DNA of 64,000 nt from an uncultured Eubacteriales bacterium (GTDB lineage Bacteria > Acidobacteriota > Aminicenantia > Aminicenantales > Saccharicenantaceae). Numbering within the stretch: the first letter of the stretch is position 1; each line of letters opens with the position of its first letter. The translations under genes were made by a program, and so were the position numbers. The stretch covers positions 92,663 through 156,662 of the forward strand of contig CAYQZX010000052.1 of assembly GCA_964422165.1 (NCBI GenBank). Reading direction: 5' to 3'. The notes under the pieces were generated by a model, which was not told where the DNA came from, did no database searches, and was given only the letters and a program-made list of their open reading frames with translations. This document shows, piece by piece, positions 57,550-64,000 of this stretch.

Positions 57550-58854
57550 TTATCCAATGACCAGAAATCTGAGCCTGGCACTGAAAATGACCATCAGCAG
57601 ACCGGCTGCGGTTATGATTAACCAGAGGAGCCAGGCTCTTTTCATAAAGTTCCAGTAAGTTCCCTGGTATCCTGAGACCATCTGGCTCAATCGTCCTATT
57701 AATGCCGTAGGCGGTAGACCATCTCCCAGAGGCCAGAGTAAACTCAGCCCGGCTATGACCACTGTGGCATGGTAACCAAGTGAATTAAGGTACCAGACCA
57801 GAGGAATGCCAATTATGGCTGCCCCTCCGTAGGTCAGAACTCCCTCGGAAACGGGAATAATTACTGGCAGCAGAGCGAAAAGAAGACCGAGAGGAATTAT
57901 CAGAACAGTGTAAGAAATTAATCCCTTGACTCCGCTGGCTGACATTATCTGCTGGAGCATTCCGACGACCACCATGATGGCCAGAAGCGGAAGCAGCTTG
58001 GAGACAGTAGCAGAAGCTACTCTGATAAAATTTATCCTTACCGGACTGAGCAGTAGAGCTGTCAGTGAGGCGATTAGGAACTCAAGAGGAAGGCCGAGCA
58101 CTGGAAAGGAGAAGGGGAAAAGCCGGTAGGCGATAATCAGTCCGAAAAAGATAACAAATGGAGTAAGAAGCCTGAACCAATTCATGCCCGGATGAACTTC
58201 AATTTTTTTTAGAAACTGTTCCAGGCTGGAGAAACTGGAATGCCGGCGACCGAGCACCAGGATGGTCACAGTTCCCAGAACAAGAACTGGAAGACCCAGA
58301 GGCAGTTCAAAACCAACATAAGGGATGGCGGTTCCAGCGCAGAGGACCATGGCCCAGATGTTAACCGGTGGAGCAGCTGCAGCCAGTCCGGCCAGAATAA
58401 AAAGAATGGCCGGGATGCGTTCTTCGGCGACTCCCAGCCCCTTGAGGGCCAGCGCTACCGGCGCTCCGACTACCAGCAAAGAAACACTGCCGGCCCCGGT
58501 TAGAGCACCGGGTATCAGAATTATTAACATTAACAGAAAAAGAGCCAGAATCCGTACCCGGGAAAAGTGAAGCACGGCCGAGCGAACAGCAAAATTCACT
58601 CCTCCGGATTCCTGGATTATGGTTATGAAAAGGGTAGCGGTAAAGAAGATCAGAATGACATCAAAATAAGTAAAAGCTCCCTCTACCAGATGGCGGGGAA
58701 TCTCCTGGAGGGGAGGTGTTCGGAAACTGGCGGTGGCCAGAGCTCCGGCCACAGTGGCCACTAAAAGGCTGAGCTCTACCGAAAACTCTTTCCATTTAGC
58801 CAGGGTGTAAGCAACCACAATAACAGCTGAGATTAAAAGTGTCTGAATCAGCAT
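57550..58854 (-). CDS. DctM/IT-superfamily permease (TRAP large-subunit-like)
   Basis: 434 aa, about 11-12 TM helices; RHLVEG, PGALTGAG, AAAAPPVN, GDGLPPTA hairpin-type motifs. Confidence 0.7.
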   Translation of the reverse strand: MLIQTLLISAVIVVAYTLAKWKEFSVELSLLVATVAGALATASFRTPPLQEIPRHLVEGAFTYFDVILIFFTATLFITIIQESGGVNFAVRSAVLHFSRVRILALFLLMLIILIPGALTGAGSVSLLVVGAPVALALKGLGVAEERIPAILFILAGLAAAAPPVNIWAMVLCAGTAIPYVGFELPLGLPVLVLGTVTILVLGRRHSSFSSLEQFLKKIEVHPGMNWFRLLTPFVIFFGLIIAYRLFPFSFPVLGLPLEFLIASLTALLLSPVRINFIRVASATVSKLLPLLAIMVVVGMLQQIMSASGVKGLISYTVLIIPLGLLFALLPVIIPVSEGVLTYGGAAIIGIPLVWYLNSLGYHATVVIAGLSLLWPLGDGLPPTALIGRLSQMVSGYQGTYWNFMKRAWLLWLIITAAGLLMVIFSARLRFLVIG

Positions 58855-58862
58855 GATTAAAA

Positions 58863-58892
58863 ATCATACTCAATGCAGCCGGGAAAAAGCAA
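58863..58892 (-). promoter_or_regulatory. Putative promoter of the permease-deacylase-C69-DUF6305 operon
   Basis: Minus strand TTGCTT-18 nt-TATGAT-8 nt-ATG; no SD. Confidence 0.45.
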
Positions 58893-58897
58893 ATTTT

Positions 58898-59653
58898 TTA
58901 AAAAATCACTTCAGCCATTATCTTTCTGCTGGATAATTCTCGCAGTAGAATTTCCTTCATTTCCCGGAAGCGGTGTTCTTCAGTCCAGTCTTCAAAACCG
59001 GACCGGCGGTAGAATTTCAGGAATTGCTGAACATAATTGAGACGGTCGATAAAAACCCGGTCGGCCAGTCCGTCAATCAGGGCAACCAGTTTTTCCGGAT
59101 TCTGAGGAAGAATAGGGCCAATAAAAACAAACGTGCGCAGGTTTTCTTTTTTAATTCTTTCCAGAGCTTTAAGTCTCCGGGAAACTGGTGGGGCTCCGGG
59201 TTCAAACAGCTGGCCTATCCGGTCGTTATCGGTGGCTATCGAAAAGCCAATTTCCACTTTTTTAAGTTCGAGGATTAAGTCAAGGTCTCTGAGAACCAGG
59301 TCCGATTTGGTCTGGATGAAAACCGGAAACTGGTGCCTGCTTATTTCCTTCAGACATTTCCGGGTAAGTTCATAGCGGTATTCGAGTGGCTGATAAGCGT
59401 CGCAAACTGAGGCTATCCAGATGGTGCCCTTTTTAGACCGGGGCAGTTGTTTACTTAAAAGTTCAGGAGCATTGGTCTTGACATCCACAAATTCCCCCCA
59501 GGGTTCTATATGGCGGGAATATCTTGGAATAAAGAGTGAGGCATAACAGTACCGGCAGCCGTGGCTGCAGCCGGTGTATGGGTTGAGACAGTAATCAAAC
59601 ACTTTCGATTTGTTAAGAATGCTCCTGGCCTGAACCTGGCTGACTTTTAGCAT
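58898..59653 (-). CDS. Radical SAM protein, spore-photoproduct-lyase-like (COG1533 type)
   Basis: LNPYTGCSHGCRYCYA, VKTNAPELL, DAYQPLE, QTKS, FEPGAPP..RRL. Confidence 0.82.
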   Translation of the reverse strand: MLKVSQVQARSILNKSKVFDYCLNPYTGCSHGCRYCYASLFIPRYSRHIEPWGEFVDVKTNAPELLSKQLPRSKKGTIWIASVCDAYQPLEYRYELTRKCLKEISRHQFPVFIQTKSDLVLRDLDLILELKKVEIGFSIATDNDRIGQLFEPGAPPVSRRLKALERIKKENLRTFVFIGPILPQNPEKLVALIDGLADRVFIDRLNYVQQFLKFYRRSGFEDWTEEHRFREMKEILLRELSSRKIMAEVIF

Positions 59654-59802
59654 AATTACTGCCCTTATATTATTACCACATTATTGGCAATCCTGATACG
59701 ACTGATAAGTCAATCAAATCTGAAAAAAGGCATCATTTTTTTTTGAAATTTAGTTTATAATAAATGAGGTAATGGTTGTCTAATTATAAGGAGGAGAAAA
59801 TC

Positions 59803-62800
59803 ATGGTTTTTCTTCGACATAAGAGATCGTTCTCAGTTGCCTTATGTCTTGGACTGTTTCTTCTAACCCTGGTCTTTTCGGCTGAGGCTCAGTATTTCGG
59901 GCGGAATAAGGTTCAGTATAAGAAATTTGACTTCAAGATAATGAAGACCAAGCATTTTGATGTTTATTTTTATCAGGAAGACGAAGAGGTGGTCAAACAG
60001 GCAGCCATGATGGCCGAGCGCTGGTATTCCCGGCTTAGCCGGATATTCAACCACGAGTTAAAAGGCCGGCAACCACTGATTATTTACTCCAGCAGCCCTG
60101 AGTTCCAGCAGACTACAGTTATCCCTGGGACTATGGGTGAGGGAGTTGGTGGAGTAACTGAGTCTTTTAAGAGACGAATAGTGCTGCCTTACGGAGTTTC
60201 CATGGCTGAAACTGACCATGTCATCGGTCATGAGCTGGTGCATGCTTTTCAGTATGACCTTGCCGGTCAGGGGCACTCTGACCAAGCCCGCTACACCGGT
60301 GCGGATCTGAGAATTCCTCTATTCTTAATCGAAGGTCTGTCTGAATATCTGTCCATCGGTCCAGTTGACCCGGAAACTTCAATGTGGATGAGGGATACTT
60401 GGAAACGGAAAGACCTGCCCCAGATTAGAAAGCTGGAAAACTATTATAAATATTTTCCCTACCGCTACGGACATGCCCTCTGGGCCTACATCGGCGGCCG
60501 CTGGGGAGATGAGATGATTGGTAAGGTCTTCAAGATGCTGGCTAGAAGCAATGATTATGAATCAGTGCTCCAGGGGGTGCTCGGGGTTCCTCTGAAAAAG
60601 CTGTCGGAAGACTGGCACAAGGCTATGGAAGAAGCTTACTCTCCGCTTGTCCCCCTAACCGAAACTGCCGATAAGTTTGCCAGACTTCTTCTCAGGGGAA
60701 CTCAGGAAAATCCTTATAATGTTTCACCGGTGCTTAGCCCTGATGGTCGGTATCTGGCTTTCTTTTCTTCACGGGATCTTTTTTCCATAGACCTTTTTCT
60801 GGCTGATGCTAACACCGGAAAAATACTGAGAAAACTGACTTCCACGGCGATCGACCCACATTTTGAGAGCATTCAGTTTGTCCGTTCCTCCGGTTCCTGG
60901 GATTCCAAAAGCCAGAGGATTGTTCTGGGTACTGTTTCCAAAGGCCGGCCTAATCTTACCATCATCAATGCTCTTAGCGGTAAAATTGAAGAGGAAATTC
61001 CTTTTCCAGAACTCGGTGAAATACTAAACCCAAGTTGGTCTCCGGATGGAAAAGAAATAGTCTTCTCAGCCCTGGTGGGAGGAGCGACAGATATTTTTAT
61101 TTACAATCTTGAAGATAATACTCTGAAGCAGATTACCAGGGACAGTTTCGGCGACCTTCATCCGGTCTGGTCTCCCGATGGAAAAAAAATTGCTTTTGTC
61201 ACTGAAAGATTTTCGGCCAACCTGAAATGGCTGGAGTCGGGGTCCTATGACCTGGCCCTGTTGGAGGTGGATACTGGAGAAATCAGCCGGATTCTGACTT
61301 TTCCTTCCGGAAAAAACATAAATCCCCAGTGGTCAGAAGACGGGCGCAGCCTGTTTTTCCTTTCTGATTACACCGGAAAAACTGACCTTTACCGGGTGGA
61401 TTTGCAGGATGGAAAAATCTATCAGGTTACCAATCTGTACACTGGGATAAGCGGGATTACTCACCTCAGTCCCTCTATTTCTTACTCGCCGGCAGAAAAG
61501 AAACTGGCTCTGTCAGTCTATGAAAATGGCAATTATTCCATCTATCTTCTGGAATCATCTGAAAAACTGGTCGGGCAGCCCACCCTGGCTCAATTAGGGG
61601 AAAGACCGCTCGGGCTTCTGCCTCCCCGCACTCAGCCAGAAGGAGCTCTGCTTGGGTTGCTCCGAAATCCGCTTTATGGTTTGCCTAAGGAAACTGATTT
61701 TCCCATAGCCAGTTACCGGCCAAAACTATCTCTGGATTTTGTCTCTCAGCCTACAGTAGCTGTTGGTGTTGACCGTTACGGGACTTATGCTGGAGGTGGC
61801 ATTGCTGCTTTCTGGAGCGATATGCTCGGTTACCACACAGTGGTCACCATGCTTCAGTCCAATTATCAGCTTATTGATAGCTATGCCCTGGTCGGTTACC
61901 AGAATTCAAGAAACCGCATCAACTGGGGAGCGGTGGTTCAGAGAGTGCCTTATATTTACGGTTCCTACACCGCCTATTTTGACGACATCCAAGGTTATCC
62001 TGTTTATGTGGAAGAAGAGTACCTTAACCGTCAAATTAATTACCAGTTAAGCGGGTTTGCTTTTTATCCCTTTAATACGTTTCGGCGTCTGGAATTCACT
62101 GCCGGGTTTAATTTAATTGATTTCAACAGCCGGATTTACAGGTATATTTATGACGCTTATACTTACCAGTTAATAAATTATTATGAGCTGGGTTTGCCGG
62201 CGCCGGCCAGCATTAAGTACGGATTTGTTTCTACCGCCCTGGTCTACGATAGCTCTCTATTTGGAGCCTGCAGCCCTATTCTCGGACAGAGCTACCTGCT
62301 TCAGGTTCAGCCTACCTTTGGTAACCTTAATTTTATCAGTGTCCTGGCTGATTATCGCCGCTATCTTATCCCCAAAAAACCATTCACCCTCGCTTTCAGG
62401 GTTCTCCATTTCGGACGTTACGGAAAAGGTTCGGATGACCCGAGGCTCTGGCCACTCTTTCTTGGTTATGAAACGCTGGTCAGAGGTTATGATTACACTA
62501 CTTTTGAATACCGCGAGTTTGATGAGACCAATCCCCAGTTCTTTGATTTCGACCGCCTGCTCGGGACCAGAATGCTGGTAGCTAACGTGGAATTGCGGTT
62601 CCCGGTTTTTAAAGTTCTGGGACTCGGGCGGGGCTATTACGGAATCTGGCCTCTGGAGTTCTTAGCCTTTTATGACATAGGAACTGCCTGGTATTCCGGG
62701 GAAAAGCCGAGCTGGTTTGGCGGGAATAAGAAACCTGTCTCCAGTGCTGGAGTCGGCCTGAGAACTAACCTGTTTGGAGCTCTGGTGCTTGGTTTTGATT

Positions 62801-62868
62801 ACGTCTATCCTTTTGACCGACCTCTTAAAGGCTGGCACTGGCAGTTTACCATAACTCCAGGCTTTTAG
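59803..62868 (+). CDS. Zincin peptidase domain + PD40 beta-propeller + Omp85-type outer-membrane barrel fusion
   Basis: Signal peptide (AEA-Q); HELVH...EGLSEY; repeated P.WSPDG units; VRGY and FYDIG Omp85 motifs; C-terminal WQFTITPGF. Start placed at ATG 59803 behind AGGAGG. Confidence 0.8.
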   Translation: MVFLRHKRSFSVALCLGLFLLTLVFSAEAQYFGRNKVQYKKFDFKIMKTKHFDVYFYQEDEEVVKQAAMMAERWYSRLSRIFNHELKGRQPLIIYSSSPEFQQTTVIPGTMGEGVGGVTESFKRRIVLPYGVSMAETDHVIGHELVHAFQYDLAGQGHSDQARYTGADLRIPLFLIEGLSEYLSIGPVDPETSMWMRDTWKRKDLPQIRKLENYYKYFPYRYGHALWAYIGGRWGDEMIGKVFKMLARSNDYESVLQGVLGVPLKKLSEDWHKAMEEAYSPLVPLTETADKFARLLLRGTQENPYNVSPVLSPDGRYLAFFSSRDLFSIDLFLADANTGKILRKLTSTAIDPHFESIQFVRSSGSWDSKSQRIVLGTVSKGRPNLTIINALSGKIEEEIPFPELGEILNPSWSPDGKEIVFSALVGGATDIFIYNLEDNTLKQITRDSFGDLHPVWSPDGKKIAFVTERFSANLKWLESGSYDLALLEVDTGEISRILTFPSGKNINPQWSEDGRSLFFLSDYTGKTDLYRVDLQDGKIYQVTNLYTGISGITHLSPSISYSPAEKKLALSVYENGNYSIYLLESSEKLVGQPTLAQLGERPLGLLPPRTQPEGALLGLLRNPLYGLPKETDFPIASYRPKLSLDFVSQPTVAVGVDRYGTYAGGGIAAFWSDMLGYHTVVTMLQSNYQLIDSYALVGYQNSRNRINWGAVVQRVPYIYGSYTAYFDDIQGYPVYVEEEYLNRQINYQLSGFAFYPFNTFRRLEFTAGFNLIDFNSRIYRYIYDAYTYQLINYYELGLPAPASIKYGFVSTALVYDSSLFGACSPILGQSYLLQVQPTFGNLNFISVLADYRRYLIPKKPFTLAFRVLHFGRYGKGSDDPRLWPLFLGYETLVRGYDYTTFEYREFDETNPQFFDFDRLLGTRMLVANVELRFPVFKVLGLGRGYYGIWPLEFLAFYDIGTAWYSGEKPSWFGGNKKPVSSAGVGLRTNLFGALVLGFDYVYPFDRPLKGWHWQFTITPGF

Positions 62869-62875
62869 GCTCCGT

Positions 62876-64000
62876 TTATCTGATTTCTTTGATAAAAATA
62901 TTTCTGAAATAGACTGGCGAAATACTGTCGTGGTTCTGAAGACCAATATATCCTTCTCTGGCAAAATCCCGAACTTTCCCCCGGGGCTCGGCTTTCCAGT
63001 CAACTACCTTCTGGCTGTTAAGTTCCACGGTCAGGTGGTCACCTATAAAGGTAATCTTGAGATGATTCCATTCACCTGCAGGTTTGAAAGCCTCAAAAGC
63101 TGGAGCCTGAGCATCGTAAATGGCTCCGGTCTTGTGGATTCCCTGGCCCGAATCGTTGATCTGGACTTCGAAAGAATGATAGATGTAATCATCGCTTACC
63201 GGTACTTCTGGAACTCGGAGGAAAACACCTGAGTTAGTATTTTTTTGAGAACAAAGGTATTCCAGTTCCAGAATAAAATCTCTGTATTTTTTGCGGCTAT
63301 ACCAGAGCAGACCCATCCCGCCCTGGGATTTTAAGACTCCGGTTTTCGGGTCGAGTTCAAAATAGCCCGGGCCATAATGATTCCAACCATGCTTTTCGTA
63401 AACTCCCCGGTAACGACTGAGGAGCTGCTCATAATCTTGGTAATAGGTTATGCTTTTAATGAACTCAAGTCCCTTTTTGATAGCCGGTTCCGGGGTCAGA
63501 ACTTCTCTCTCGTTTTCGTATTCAATAGTCAGAAAGCCAGGATAATCCTGAAGGGTAAGTTCGGCCAGTATGGTCTTGATGTCAGCTCGACCGCTGCCAT
63601 AAGCTACATCCTCAGCATTCTTCTGTCCGAAGTCGCTTCTGTCTTTCAGATGGACATCAACCACCCGACCCTGCAGCCAGCGCAGACACTCCACCGGGTT
63701 GAGATTGGACCTCATCCAGTGGCCGGTATCGGCGCAAACTCCAATTCTTTCATCAAGGTCTTTTAAGTACCTCATAACTATGGCCGGGTGATAATAAGGA
63801 GTTGGAGCAGGATGGTTGTGCACCGCGATTCTGATGTTATATTCGCCGACCAGCCGATTCAGGATAGGGAAGTCTGCTTCCCGGGGTTCTGTAGAAATTA
63901 CCCAGATGCCAAGTTTCCGGGCGAAGTCAAAAACTTTGCGCATCTCAGCCTCGGTTCTCCCGGTGTCAACCACTCCATAAGCCACTACGCTCATTTTCAG
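62876..64000 (-). CDS. Sugar-phosphate isomerase/epimerase TIM barrel fused to DUF1080 domain (5'-truncated by window edge)
   Basis: Frame open to the window end. TIM-barrel motifs AVHNH, DTGHW, HLKD, IEYE; DUF1080 motifs DFILELE, NSGVFLR, EVQI, GAIYD, GEWN, GYIGLQNH, FRNIFIKE. Confidence 0.85.
   Translation of the reverse strand: MKMSVVAYGVVDTGRTEAEMRKVFDFARKLGIWVISTEPREADFPILNRLVGEYNIRIAVHNHPAPTPYYHPAIVMRYLKDLDERIGVCADTGHWMRSNLNPVECLRWLQGRVVDVHLKDRSDFGQKNAEDVAYGSGRADIKTILAELTLQDYPGFLTIEYENEREVLTPEPAIKKGLEFIKSITYYQDYEQLLSRYRGVYEKHGWNHYGPGYFELDPKTGVLKSQGGMGLLWYSRKKYRDFILELEYLCSQKNTNSGVFLRVPEVPVSDDYIYHSFEVQINDSGQGIHKTGAIYDAQAPAFEAFKPAGEWNHLKITFIGDHLTVELNSQKVVDWKAEPRGKVRDFAREGYIGLQNHDSISPVYFRNIFIKEIR

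Noticed and set aside
58898-59653. Spore photoproduct lyase (splB)
   Set aside because: Only family-level similarity; shorter than SplB and no sporulation context.
59803-62868. Annotation as bamA or tolB
   Set aside because: No POTRA domains or tol-pal context, and an N-terminal zincin domain is present.
1-64000. CRISPR arrays, IS/transposases, integrases, prophage, tRNA/rRNA, defence systems
   Set aside because: No repeat-spacer periodicity or relevant protein motifs seen, and intergenic gaps are all short. A covariance-model scan would be needed to fully exclude small RNAs.

Overview
A gene-dense bacterial chromosomal window with about 51 CDS. I found no rRNA, tRNA, CRISPR array or mobile element. 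Housekeeping blocks: ileS(5'-truncated)-lspA-lgt-rluD, an EF-G paralogue (EF-G II type), a divergent TCA cluster (icd-mdh-sucC-sucD / acnB), def-fmt, and mreBCD-mrdA-rodA followed by a TIGR03960-type radical SAM fusion. The rest is dominated by peptide scavenging: one C45-like and three C69 Ntn-hydrolases, two M14-type zinc hydrolases, two M24 peptidases, M23 and S12 enzymes, OPT and POT peptide transporters, and a zincin-propeller-Omp85 barrel fusion. This suggests a diderm, proteolytic, probably anaerobic organism; an Aminicenantes/Acidobacteriota-like host is my inference and is untested. The best candidate for an undescribed system is the minus-strand operon at 51903-58854. It encodes a DctM/IT-family permease, an unannotated 53-aa membrane protein, a membrane-anchored AstE/AspA-like deacylase, two C69 paralogues sharing a 144-bp probable gene-conversion tract, and a secreted DUF6305-like protein, with no canonical TRAP DctP/DctQ. 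All family assignments come from motif recognition by eye, not database searches.
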